A stretch of DNA of 63,668 bases, filler included, from Lenisia limosa (GCA_001655205.1; 10 parts of 10 records of this genome joined end to end with filler, not necessarily neighbours in it); one strand, 5' to 3'; shown: positions 26,721 through 39,803, counted from the whole stretch's first letter. Notes: a model not told the origin generated them from the letters alone. Numbers and translations: made by a program.

Positions 26721-27329
26721 CTTTATACGGTTTTGCGTACCCCATATGACAAATGGTAAGACATTTCCACATTTACACAGCCTTAGGTTCTCTTTTTTCT
26801 TGACATTACGGGCGCATGGACTACCCGATTCATGTTTCTTTGATTATGGTCCATTTTCAAACAAAATGAAGGTCTTGGATGCTCTCAAAAAGATTGCAAA
26901 GACGTAAATAAAGGTCATTTAAAATCACAATAGTACGGCCGCATCGACTGCCCGATTCATTTGTTCACTGTTTGTTCACACTCATAGGTGGGTGTGGGTG
27001 GATGTGGGTGGGTGACACCGGGTAATTTGCCTCTTCTTTAATAGAGTGCAAATGATATTTAGTTACACATTTACCAATTCTTGGGATCCTCTGATGTACT
27101 ATTATTTTGATAGTACGGCCGACTACCCGATTCCTAAACTACGTCTAGTCTGGACGATATTTTGCTCCCCAGTGAATTTTTGTTTGCTCTGACAGAAAGC
27201 CCCCGCCCCCCTACTCTCCAGNNNNNNNNNNNNNNNNNNNNNNNNNNNNNNNNNNNNNNNNNNNNTTAATTAATTAANNNNNNNNNNNNNNNNNNNNNNN
27301 NNNNNNNNNNNNNNNNNNNNNCCCCCCCC

Positions 27330-28586
27330 CCCCAGAACGCAGAAGGAAAGGACGCGGATATTGAGGCGCTCTGCCGGCACTTCGCCACCGAAACCGGCCC
27401 GTTCTCCAAAGTGGGGCGAGGGGTGTGATAAATATATTACATCTAAGAATATGATAGTATTATTCTGTTTATTCTCAAGGGTTTTTTTGTTTCATAAATT
27501 TTCCAATTTTTCTCCCCCGTAACAGTACCTTTACGTCAGTATTCTTCATCAAAATTTTCTTTCAACTCTCGTGTGTTGTCAGCCAATTGAGTTGATTTGG
27601 GCTTTTTTTTGTTTCATAAGTTTTCTAATTTACCCCCCCCCCCCTCNNNNNNNNNNNNNNNNNNNNNNNNNNNNNNNNNNNNNNNNNNNNNNNNNNNNNN
27701 NNNNNNNNNNNNNNNNNNNNNNNNNNNNNNNNNNNNNNNNNNNNNNNNNNNNNNNNNNNNNNNNNNNNNNNNNNTAGTACCTTTACGCCAATATTCTTCA
27801 TCGAAATTTCCTTCGTTTTACGTCCCCCACAGGTTCTCACTGCACTTCCGCCCTCCGCTTGGACTTCTCTTGACCTTGCAACCAACACCGCAACTAAGGT
27901 GGGGATAATATAAATAATCTTTATTTTATTTTACTATTAATTTGTAATTTATTCTTAATATTAATTTTATGTTTATATTTAGTATCAAATTATATACTAT
28001 AATATAGTAATACTTATATACTATTAGCTGACATCCCCACATACAGTCACACACTCCCCTCCTTTTTTATTATTTCTTTACCCCCAATAGTTATGCGACA
28101 CTGCAGCGCTCCGCTCCCGGGCACTCTCCCACGAATTTGTCACGAAAGTAGGGTAAAACGAAGCAAATCTGATGAAAATTGAATTCTCACGAGTTTGTAA
28201 CTAAAGCAGGCTTAATTGCCCCCCCTTTCTTTTTAATCTTTACACACACACACACACAGACATTCACTCACTCACACACTAACACAGAGTATTTGGAGTT
28301 ATTTGAATTTGCTTCCCTTTTCCGAAGATTTTGCACCCCCCCTTTCCACACGCACACAGGTTCCTCCCTATTTTTGTTTTTCCATAAAAGTTCCATTTTA
28401 CTCCAAAACAATTCATTTCACACCACAGATGAAGCCGGCCCAAAAAGCCATCCTATCCAAAGTAGTCAGTCGTCTCTGCCCCCGACCTATCACCCAGGAT
28501 GTTATGAAGGCTGTTGTGGACATTCTTCAGGCCTCTGTTGAGCCGGATGCTGTGTCCGCTGAGTCGTGCTCAAAGATACTAGGCGT
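27330..28586 (+). CDS. Internal fragment of a helical-repeat protein, possibly PDS5-like
   Basis: Exons NAEGKDADIEALCRHFATETGPFSK / VLTALPPSAWTSLDLATNTATK / MKPAQKAILSKVVSRLCPRPITQDVMKAVVDILQ. The last resembles the PDS5 L..R..P..I...+..L+ segment. Weak match. Confidence 0.3.
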
Positions 28587-29083
28587 GGGTCTTTTTATGA
28601 TATAGTATGTATTTTTTTTGTTCATGATATACAATGTATGTATCTTACATGTAATATGCCTTTTTTTTGTGTGTTTTTATTTTTTTATTTTGAAGAAACC
28701 CACTTTCTTATTTTAACAGTGGGCTGCTTTTTGTTTCAATTTACCATTTTTGATGGGATGCGGTGCTGCAGAAGCGACTGACCTGGGCTTTGTTTGTTTT
28801 ATTGTTATCAACCCTTGTGTGTTGTCAGCCAACAGAGTTTTTTTATTTCATAAATTTTCCAATTTTACCCCCCCCCCCNNNNNNNNNNNNNNNNNNNNNN
28901 NNNNNNNNNNNNNNNNNNNNNNTTAATTAATTAANNNNNNNNNNNNNNNNNNNNNNNNNNNNNNNNNNNNNNNNNNNNGACGGGGATATATAATTATTAT
29001 GACAATTCAAACAATGAGCACTCTTGTAATACAATATTGTAATAATATTTATCGAACAGACTGAGAACAATCCAACAACATAC

Positions 29084-30084
29084 GTGAGAGTAAGAGCCTG
29101 GGTCTTTTGACTGACTTGTAACTCCTGAACCATCCCGTGCCGCACTAGCTTCCTGCCCGAGCAGCGCTTCGGATCACATTGATCAAAGTCCTGGGGGAAT
29201 AATATTATATTATTTACAATGGAATTCAGATCCTTGAACACATGGGAATGTGCTAAGCACAAAAGCTGGAGAAACCATAAAAGTGGGTGTCTCTCATGAG
29301 CCACTATTGTGATAAGAATCCGTCTTTTTGAAGATTCAAAACAAAAAACACCACAATTTCCCAATGTGCCCAACATACCCACATCGCCAGCTTAATGCCT
29401 GACGTTGTCATTCCCTTCATTTTGCCCTCCATCATGTCCACACTGTAGTCGTTGGGGTCACGTGCTTGTCTCCCACCGCCGCCACCGCGCCCTCCTAATG
29501 GTTCGATCATTGTGGCGGNNNNNNNNNNNNNNNNNNNNNNNNNNNNNNNNNNNNNNNNNNNNNNNNNNNNNNTGGAGATATCACATTTTGAGAAGAAACC
29601 ATTTGAATGACAAAAAAAAAAGAACGTGATAGACAAGTGAAATATAAACTACTGATATTCGTCAAAAAGAGTATTTATGCCTATCCTATTCCATTTGATA
29701 TGAAAAAAATATTTGACATAGCAAATCAAAGCAGTTACCAAACCTCTTCGACCACGTCCACCACGTCCCCCTCGTCCCCCTCTTTCTAAAGTGTGAGGTG
29801 CTTAACTGAATGTAATATATATCATATCATATGTATTATATAATGGGAATAATAATAATAAAAAGGTTGCCATTCACAAAATCATGCTTATACGAGATGT
29901 TGGATTATTATATCATATTAATTCAACCAATCATTTATACTATTTGCCTTATGACTCTGCGCGCACAACTTTCTGCGTTCCTCCCTAGGTCTATGTAATA
30001 CTTTCATTTTCATTGTGATAATCCACACAAGTCATATCCATAAACGAGCCAAGTGCTGCAAGACAAACCTTTCCTTCCAGCCAT
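29084..30084 (-). CDS. TSR3: 18S rRNA aminocarboxypropyltransferase TSR3, 5' part (truncated at linker 28879-28978)
   Basis: Four phase-compatible exons give MAGRKERGGRGGRGGRGRRGGRGGGGGRQ...[27 protein letters not shown], the Tsr3 signature. Confidence 0.92.
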
Positions 30085-30749
30085 TATGAAGACGTACCTA
30101 CATTGTTAGAGCTATTTGTCTCAATATCAATTCAAAGCAGATGTAGCGAACATGAAACATGTATGTTATTATCGTTTGACCCATTGAAAAGGACTGTGTA
30201 ACCATTTTGTTTAAATACCCGCTTACGTGCTGACTTTATCCAATATTGAAAGGGGGTGTGAAAGCTCTGATTGAGAGTAGTTCAGTCTTGGTTTTTTTTA
30301 GCTTGGTGACGTGCTCTGTTGTAATATTATGATGTGCGTGAGTGCGTGATCAGCGTGATGTTGAGTGAAAGTCTCCTTATACATCAAAACGCGGGGTATT
30401 TATAACTACTATTTTTGGAAAATGAATGTTGAGACATTGTGTTCAGAGAAATTCTTCTTAAGAACTTTACAAAGATCCGTGTGGTCCGTGTGACCAACAT
30501 TTAGGAAAATGTTCAGAAAATGGAAAGAATTTTCTCGGTACGCCATCTTGCGCAAACTCTACGCCACTTTCTCGATCAGTATGACCAAGAGCTTAGCGGA
30601 GGAATTATGCCCGGTGCGTACCGGGAAAAAGTATTGAACTGACCACCTTGAGTTCCGAAAGCTAATAAGCTATTTCGTAGGGTTCAATGTACACTATGTT
30701 ACTTCAATCCCAATACATCTGACATTCAGAGAATCCGAGCGGAATTTGA

Positions 30750-32966
30750 ATGATGAATTCATCCCATCCGATTAAAGAAGATCATCTCAACCCTTGTGAA
30801 AACCTTGAAGTCAATGATGAAGCTTGGGGGGATCGAGATTCAACAGTCAGCCTTCCACATACCGCTGTTGGCGAAGTTGTCGATAAAGACTCCCTAAGCG
30901 CGGCTATCTACGTTGAGGCCCTTGAGGCTACGTTAGTTTTGATTGTGCTATGGGCGGTCCTCTCTTTCCTCGAGTTGGCCTTTTCTTCCCGAGAACAGGT
31001 AAGCATTTCGAGCAATCGGGATTTGTGTTACGTCTTTGATGACTGTGTATGATACCCAATCAATTAATGAACGCAAATGACTTGTCTCATTCTTTAGTAT
31101 TTGGAGCGGGTTTCTCCTCTTTTATTTTCATGCCTTGCGGTCCTCTCCTCGTTGCTCCTGAGACAGGTTGTCATTATTGTAAAGTCACCAGCGGCCCTCC
31201 GCTCAATGATGGCGCTCCTATGGATTCTACAGGTTTGTGTGGTTATCATAATCATCACATGTTTTGGCTTTTGTTACTCAGCCTAAAAATACGGTTGAAT
31301 ACAAAAACTGGGCTACATTGACGAACATGGTGTTTGTCTATGACAGTTATTTATTATTCCCTTACAAGACTGCCTTTACAACTTTGCCTCTAACTTTTCC
31401 GTTTGAATGAGGAGCGGAATTTCGGGAATTTTCGCAACCGTGGTTGTGCACTGCCTTCGGTTGAGTATTTGGTAATAGTCTTGAAGGAATAAAGCTTAAT
31501 AATGGGCATTTTTCAGATGTTAGGAGGGCCTTCTGGATGTGCAGTTGTGTGTTCTAGTCCTTCTCGATCTATAGCCTGTGTTCATGGGGCGCGCGGGGGT
31601 ACGTTATTGTTGATATATCTTCTCCATGTTGACAAGCTCATTAGCACACACATTTTTGTTAATAACCTTGTTTGGTATTCGATACGCTATTAAAGAAGAA
31701 GGTGTATTTTTACCTCCTTTAGTTTGCAATGGTGTTCTTTTTCTCCGACAAAAGCGACATCATCTCGCCGCCTGACTCGATGACGATCTCGATGATCCAC
31801 ATCATCCACATCGTTTCTGTTGCTCATGGAGGGCTAACGAGGAATATGGCCCTTGTTATTATTACTGTGGGCATTGGATTGTTGAAGAATCATGTCACCG
31901 AGTATTTTGGGACATAATTATCAGCCATGCTAATCTCTATCAGCCTTGCTTGGTCATATACGACGCATTCGCAGCACCATATACCCGTGACCCTTGGGGC
32001 TTCTTTGTTGCTGTATTAGTGGCGGTTGGCTGGGTGGTCTGGTACATTTCCGACGGTTTGGTTATTTTGTGCTGTCATTCACAACGCAGTTTACAGTCCT
32101 GGGAATGATTGCGCACGCGTTACGCTACACCAGAGTTAAAGCGTTGAAGTCTATTCAAGACCGCAAGGCACATGTGGGATGCTGGAAAATTTAAACTTAC
32201 ACGCAATTTGCAGTATCTCCGACGAGATGTTCAATGAATATGATTTTTTTTTTGTCTTTTTGAATTGAGGTGATCAATTAAATTCAAGTATTTTATTGAG
32301 CAATTCGGGGTGGTAAATATCACACATTTCCAACTCTGTAGATTGAGCAGCAGAATAAGAAGGCAGCTTCAGTTGTTGAGTCCATTCTTCCTCCCTTTGC
32401 GGTTACCAGATTATCTGAGGTGGGGAATTCTCTCTTGAAAGATCTACATTCTTTTGGATATTTGAAATATACATATTTTGTTGCATTAATTTTTCTCTAA
32501 CCGATAACTTTATCATTATTATTATAGTTATTGGGGGGAGAGGGCTGCGAGTCATCAGAAACAAACCCATATCGTAGAATACTCCAACCTTTATTTACCA
32601 TCAGGGCAACTCCACATACCTTGACACATATGCCATGACAACTGTGGTGTTTATCAGTGTCAACGGTGCCGACCCCCTTCAGAGGCAGCCGTCTCAGGTA
32701 TGACGCGCTGCCACCAGGCTTCACATTGCGAATTTCTCGATGAATCCTCGATTCATTCCCTTTTGTAGTTTCTGAGCCGCAATACTCAATTGTTGAAATG
32801 TGAAAATGCAAATTTGAATCAAGATCTTCCATAAAGACCTTCATCAACGATCTCTATTTTTTTTTTGCTTTGATGACACCTCATCGAAGCCCAATCCGAA
32901 GTTGACAGTCCTCTAGGTGCGACACAAGACGCGGATGTCCTCCAGCCGCATGACAGCCCTTGATCT
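30750..32966 (+). CDS. Multi-pass membrane class III nucleotide cyclase, N-terminal half (truncated by linker)
   Basis: Several hydrophobic exons, then IEQQNKKAASVVESILPPFAVTRLSE (helical SILP segment) and YLDTYAMTTVVFISVN (first cyclase strand, with Ser in place of the metal-binding Asp). Confidence 0.6.
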
Positions 32967-33909
32967 CACGCGCTCTGTGAGGGTGATTATTATAGAAGCA
33001 TATTACATGGAATATAAGGACATAATAATTCGTTTAAAATTAGTAAACATTCATTTAGTACACTGTGTATAGTGGAGGNNNNNNNNNNNNNNNNNNNNNN
33101 NNNNNNNNNNNNNNNNNNNNNNTTAATTAATTAANNNNNNNNNNNNNNNNNNNNNNNNNNNNNNNNNNNNNNNNNNNNCGGAAATCTTCGAAAGCTATCA
33201 AGATTGCCCAAATCATCAGAGCTTCAAATGTGATATAAACATGCTGAAATAGAGTTCTGAGGGCACGCAGATGTACATAGAGTTTTTGAATTCGTATCTA
33301 TAATTCCATATATCATATAAGCGATGGAGTGGACGGCTCAGATACAACTTTGTTTTATTTCTCATCTAGCTATATTTGGGAGTAACATCGTAGACATGCT
33401 GGCGTCGAGGGTATGCACCCCTTCGGTCACCGTCAAGTTGGCGAGCAACCTTCCTAGTAACGAGTTCGAATCGACTTACAAGCATTCCTTCCACTACGCT
33501 CCAGACCTGGTATGCCGGGAGGGCTTCTATGGTCCAAAAACACCTGTTAAATCCTTGGTAATTATGGATGTTTTCCGCGTTGGCAAGCCCAGTGAAACCC
33601 GTGATGTAGGCAAGCCATTGTTTTCCCGCAGGAGCTCTCTTGTCCAAAAACAAAACTATGAACCAATTTCAATAGAGACTTATGACCCCTTACGTATTTA
33701 TTTGTTTACCTGGATCATTATTTCCTCATTATTCTCTTCCTTATTTTTCACTTCCATTATCCACTTCGCCAGAAAATATTCATTTTTTACACCCATCATT
33801 TTTCATTTCCGTCATTTTTTCACACCCACGCAGAAAACAGTCTTCACTTCTCCAGAAAATATTCATTTTTCACTTACATTTTCTTTTCCTCATTTTTCAC
33901 TCCACGCAG

Positions 33910-33995
33910 AAAACGGTATTCATCCGAAGGGAGCGTGCATCCCCAGTTGGCGAGTTCGCCACCGTTCTGGTCCATGCTCTCTGCCACATCTCCGT
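33910..33995 (+). CDS. Exon of an uncharacterised large protein
   Basis: AG-GT-bounded exon KTVFIRRERASPVGEFATVLVHALCHIS, with an HExxH-like degenerate motif. Short linker-bounded contig. Confidence 0.35.
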
Positions 33996-34604
33996 GTCTA
34001 AGTCGTCAGGCAAGCGCTTCCAGTTTGCCGGGGTTCATAATCCGGTCTTGATTGCCAACAGATTTGATTTAGGCTTTTATTTTTTGTTGTTTGTTTCATA
34101 TTTGTTTTATTCTTCAGACGAAGACTCTTAGGTTAAGATGACATAACCACCACCTCTTTTACATCTCGTGGCATATACACTGACCGGGATAAACTTTGAC
34201 CGATTTGCTCTATGATTTTCCAAGGAAAATCGGTCAAAACTTTGCGGGTCACCTTATATAGTAATGTATACATAATTATATATTATATATATTGTATAAC
34301 CTCCCCAGACGCCGGCTCTTAGAAGNNNNNNNNNNNNNNNNNNNNNNNNNNNNNNNNNNNNNNNNNNNNTTAATTAATTAANNNNNNNNNNNNNNNNNNN
34401 NNNNNNNNNNNNNNNNNNNNNNNNNGATCAATTTGAGCCAGTAACGGTAGAAAAATACGATAAAGTAGGGCTTCACTTCAGTTCGAAAAAATACGGAAAG
34501 TCTCGAATAATCCTTGAAAACTAGCGCTTTCAACAGCTTCGAAGATATTTTACAGGGCTTTTCCGAACCGAAGTGAAACCGAAGCCCCGCAATAACCACA
34601 CAGC

Positions 34605-35822
34605 AACATCGTCTATGTCGGAAGCTGCAGTTCTTGGTCTTGCCGAACGTCTTGTTGGCGAGTTCCCTGTCCTCCAACCCGACCTTGTTATTGAGGCCGC
34701 CGTCAGGTGTGTGGGGGGGGGGGNNNNNNNNNNNNNNNNNNNNNNNNNNNNNNNNNNNNNNNNNNNNNNNNNNNNNNNNNNNNNNNNNNNNNNNNNNNNN
34801 NNNNNNNNNNNNNNNNNNNNNNNNNNNNNNNACAAAACACAAAAAGGCTCAGTCTGGAAATGGCAAAGATAAAAATATATTGACCAAAATTAAATGATTA
34901 AAATGAAAATAAAACGAATGGTTAAAATCGAATGATCGAATGGCTACCTGTATTTCCTTTCAATATGTCTAATGCCAAAATCAGGTTTCCTTGGCATTAT
35001 GATGATACCCTAAAAGCATAAACTGTTCTTATGCCACTAAACACCAGAGTGGAGGAAGTTGCTGAGACGGCAACCAGGCGAATGGTTCTCTTATTGGCAG
35101 CGTTCTGCAAAAACCTCAGCTTGGTAGGCCTCTTTATGGTGGATTTTTGACTTATGAGTCTTTTTTGCTGGCTCAATTTTCCAACCCATGTTATGACCCC
35201 CCCCCCCCNNNNNNNNNNNNNNNNNNNNNNNNNNNNNNNNNNNNNNNNNNNNNNNNNNNNNNNNNNNNNNNNNNNNNNNNNNNNNNNNNNNNNNNNNNNN
35301 NNNNNNNNNACAGTTTAGCGTTCGACTGGCGCGTATACGACTGTGAACTTCTCGAAGTCCCGTGCAGGTGAGTGATGGGTGGTTTCTCACCAAAACATTA
35401 ACAGAACTTGTCATACTGCAGTTGACATGCGATATACAGTGACCGCGATAAGTCTTGACCGATTTGCTGTGTGATTTCTCAAGGCAAATAGGTCCATACA
35501 AATCTTGGTCCTGTACATACATATTGGTCACTAGGATTCGTTAGTATTGATGTAGTAATTATACATGTACATATGATGTGTGTATATAAGCACTTGCTGC
35601 TGATGAACTCAACCTTAGAATCAAAATACCTCCCCCAGGTAGTTCCATATCATATATAACTTATTGTTTACTATGACAGACTACGCTAATGATATCATAT
35701 ATGATATCATTATTACCTGATGCATACTGCACTAATCCTCCAGGATCACACTACGCTTCCCTCAACGAGGAAGACGACCCGCTTACCCGAGGGGAACGCC
35801 CCCTTTCAGCACGGGGAGAACG
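34605..35822 (+). CDS. Hypothetical protein fragment (multi-exon)
   Basis: Exons TSSMSEAAVLGLAERLVGEFPVLQPDLVIEAAVR, RVEEVAETATRRMVLLLAAFCKNLSL, LAFDWRVYDCELLEVPC and GSHYASLNEEDDPLTRGER, each with GT-AG boundaries. Confidence 0.4.
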
Positions 35823-36721
35823 GTCGATTGTGCCCCCTCGAGTCTCTACTCCCGCAATTCCAGGTGGATGTTTGATATTGTTTTAGAACTGCCCCTTTTT
35901 TTTTTATTTTCAAATGCTGGAGTGATGGGATGCGGGGCTGCAGAAGTGATTGGCCTGGGCTTTGTTTGTTGGAGTGATGGGATGCGGGGCTGCAGAAGTG
36001 ATTGGCCTGGGCTTTGTTTGTTGGAGTGANNNNNNNNNNNNNNNNNNNNNNNNNNNNNNNNNNNNNNNNNNNNTTAATTAATTAANNNNNNNNNNNNNNN
36101 NNNNNNNNNNNNNNNNNNNNNNNNNNNNNACCTACGAAGATTTCCTCCGTACAGACCAGCCGAAACGCCAGAAAAAAGCCTAATCATTTATTGGGTAGGT
36201 TAACACACACATAATAGATGTACATACATACATACATACAGCAATGAGAAATAAAAAAAAACAGGAAGTATTAGGCCTTAGCCGTCAACACCATCGCGCG
36301 TATTAGAAATATTGAATTAATATGTACCATGATATGTTAACTCATATCTACAGGTGATATGATCATATGACCGACTTTCAAGTCGAAATAATGAACGAAG
36401 ATAACACGAGGGTTTATGTTATTACTAGGGATTCACTTTCGTTCGAAAAAGACTGGTAAAATCGATAGTTTTCGAGGATATATTGAGTAATTCCGTCTTT
36501 TTTTGAACCGAAGTGAAGCTGTAATTATTACATCTTTGTGAATCTTCGTAATCATTCTAGAGAGAGAGTCCCCCCTCCTGAATTCCCAGCAAATGTGATG
36601 AGGTCTTAAGTCGTGATGTTTGAAAATGTATTCTATTCTAGGTTTGAAAATATTTTTTAGTTTTGTTTTTTTTATTAGTTATTTTTTTTGTTGTTGTTAT
36701 TGAGCTATTGAAAATGATCAG

Positions 36722-36975
36722 AATCTCGTTTGTTCAAAAACGTTACAGACAAATAACATGACAAGACACTAGCCGAAATCGCACGGACCGAGCGTTTTGC
36801 TGGACCCCCCACCCCCCAGATTTATATGGATTAAGTGAAAGATTTCTTGAATCCTACTGGTAGGGTTGCGGTATCTGTTTCTTCTACACTAATTACAAAA
36901 CAATTTCAATTCACATTACTGTGGTCTATACCTCAGGTCAGGTTCTTAAGATTCGTGAACACCCCAAATTGGGGG
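36722..36975 (+). pseudogene. Kinesin motor-domain fragment with an in-frame TAA
   Basis: Phase-matched exons give IYMD*VKDFLNPT-GQVLKIREHPKLG (kinesin EIYNE.VRDLL..LRVREHP). Upstream ISFVQ lacks a proper GT donor. I found no P-loop or switch exons nearby. Confidence 0.55.
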
Positions 36976-38080
36976 TTATGAGGTTTGTTACTTCAAGTCC
37001 CCCCCACCACCCCCCGAAAGCTGGGTGCACAGAGTTGTCAGGCAAATGATTTGGTGAATTAATATTATACTATAATCCAATATCTCTTGTAAACGTGATG
37101 GTTTGGACTGCTTCGGCCAGATACAACCTAATTTTATATTTCTCAATGCTAAAGGGGGGAGTAAAACGAAGGAAACTTTGATGAAGAATATTGGCGTAAA
37201 GGTACTAATCATGAACCGAATAATCTGAAACTCCAAACAAACAAAAAACAAGCAACAAACATAAGCAACCAACGCTAAAACTTGACAAAAGCCAGATGAC
37301 AAAAACACAAAANNNNNNNNNNNNNNNNNNNNNNNNNNNNNNNNNNNNNNNNNNNNNNNNNNNNNNNNNNNNNNNNNNNNNNNNNNNNNNNNNNNNNNNN
37401 NNNNNNNNNNNNNNNNNNNNNNNNNNNNNNNNNNNNNNNNNNNNNNNNNNNNNNNNNNNNNNNNNNNNNNNNNNNNNNNNNNNNNNNNNTTAATCTAGGA
37501 AAATGAATATATTTCGATATCATATAATATAAGTATGTTACACTGTATTGATATCAGTCTTAAATGTAAGTAAAGAATTAGATGTGAATCAGTCAGACAA
37601 AGTTGTTATCAAAAAAAAACAAACAATGTATTTTGCAGCAAGAAATTAGAATACAATTTAGAATGAGGGCTCATCTTTATGGAAAACAGACACGTAGATC
37701 ACAAGGGTGCCGTACACCATAAAACCTGAAACAGTTAATTAAATAGGAGATAATAAATTATATTTTGAGTTTTGGGACCGAAAGTAAAACTTCACAATTA
37801 GTGCTTCCCTACAGTCCCAAAATAGACTGAGTTTTCCGATAAATCCTCGATAAATATCGATAATTTGAGGGAAGACCTTTTTCCAACAAAGCCAAAAAAC
37901 ACCCCTCTTCACCACAGGAATAAAACCCATTTTCCAACATCCCCGCCCTCTTACCTCCCAATAAGGAAAGCACNNNNNNNNNNNNNNNNNNNNNNNNNNN
38001 NNNNNNNNNNNNNNNNNTTAATTAATTAANNNNNNNNNNNNNNNNNNNNNNNNNNNNNNNNNNNNNNNNNNNNACCCCAG

Positions 38081-39652
38081 ATGACGACGCCACCAAGGCG
38101 GCCGACGAATCCCCCACACCCACACCCACACCTGGAACCCCGACGTCCCCGACGTCCCCGGGTACCCCCTCCAGCCCGGGGCCGCCTGACCAGGTCATGT
38201 CCGAGGCGAAACCGCTGCAGCACGCGAGCCGTGCAAAACCGAGGTTTGAAAATGGATATTTCATGAGTGTGAAAATGGATATTGGATCTGAAAACTGGAT
38301 AGGGTTAACTACATAGTATGAATAATTATATTTATTTTTTTGGCAAAATTGAGGTTTGAAAATGGATATTGAAGATGTGGGGTTGGAGGGATGTGGTGAC
38401 TGGCCTGGGCTTTGTTTCTCGTGTGTTATCAGTCAACAGAGTTGATTAAGGACTTTTTTTTTGTTTCATACTGTTTCCATTTTACTTCCCATAGGAAGAA
38501 AACCTCGCGACCCCCCACCCGTAGACNNNNNNNNNNNNNNNNNNNNNNNNNNNNNNNNNNNNNNNNNNNNNNNNNNNNNNNNNNNNNNNNNNNNNNNNNN
38601 NNNNNNNNNNNNNNNNNNNNNNNNNNNNNNNNNGTTAAAGAACAAGAATGCAATCAATTAATTGAGAGAGAGAAAAATACAAATAATCCCTTCTGTACAA
38701 AGGTTGTGTACATGTGTATTATGTGTCTCTATTATGTGTGGTGTGTATGTATGTATGTGTGTGTATACAGTGACCGGGATAAGTCTTGACCGATTTGCTA
38801 TGTGATTTCCCAAGGGATAGGTCAAGACGTATCCCGGTCACTGTACATATGTATGTATGGGAGAGAGTTGTCTGTGTATATGTAGATGTGATACAATTTT
38901 CATTTTTCCTCACCTCCCACAGCCAACATAGTTGATTTGTGCTTTTTTTGTTTCACAATTTTCCAATTTTACACCCCCAGGAAGAAGAAGAAATCCCAGT
39001 CATCAAGGAGGATCTAGGAGAGGAGGCGGAGGCAAGACTGCCACCCGGGGGCGAGGCAAATACCCCTGGAAGTAGAATGTCCATGCCGCCCGGTGCTATG
39101 CGTGGGGGGGGGGGGGNNNNNNNNNNNNNNNNNNNNNNNNNNNNNNNNNNNNNNNNNNNNNNNNNNNNNNNNNNNNNNNNNNNNNNNNNNNNNNNNNNNN
39201 NNNNNNNNNNNNNNNNNNNNNNNNNNNNNNNNNTTGGCTATGCGTGGGATGGGGGGATAGCGTGGTATATATTTTAATATAGTGATTCCCTACAGTCCGA
39301 AAAGACCGTTAAAATATCGATATTTATCGAGGGTTTATTGAGAATTTCTGTCTTTTTTGGGACCGTAGGGAAGCCCTATTACAATCGTTATTTAGTACCT
39401 TATCGCAAATATTCTTCAAAAACCCCTGCAGAAGCGACTGGCCTTAGTTTTGTGTCGTTGTTATAAACCCTCTTGTGTTAGTCAACAGACTTGATTTTGG
39501 GCTTTTTTTGTAAATTTTCCAATTTTCACGCCAATATTCTTAAACTTCCTTCGTTTTACTCCCTCCCCCTTCCCCCATCCTCACATTGTAGCCGGTATGG
39601 GCGCAATGGGCATGATGGCCGGAATGAACATGGCCGAATTACGCGCAAATAT
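38081..39652 (+). CDS. Pro/Thr- and Gly/Met-rich C-terminal region of a hypothetical protein
   Basis: Exons DDDATKAADESPTPTPTPGTPTSPTSPGTPSSPGPP, EEEEIPVIKEDLGEEAEARLPPGGE and GMGAMGMMAGMNMAELRANM. Confidence 0.4.
38768..38843. mobile_element. MITE family D (76 bp, TIR CAGTGACCGGGATAAGTCTTGACC, TA flanks; Tc1/mariner-like)
   Basis: TA|CAGTG...CACTG|TA at this copy. Related copies at 34178-34252, 35437-35513 and 63362-63433. Confidence 0.82.
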
Positions 39653-39803
39653 GNNNNNNNNNNNNNNNNNNNNNNNNNNNNNNNNNNNNNNNNNNNNTTA
39701 ATTAATTAANNNNNNNNNNNNNNNNNNNNNNNNNNNNNNNNNNNNNNNNNNNNCACCATGACACCAATCAAGCTGGGTGGAAAAATCGTTAATCATTCAA
39801 GAT

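Noticed and set aside
26815-27135. Three short GACTRCCCGATTC repeats in one intron
   Set aside because: They are local, short and degenerate, with no evidence of function or dispersal.
32168-32175. GC-AG donor in the cyclase gene
   Set aside because: An in-phase GT donor lies 6 nt downstream.
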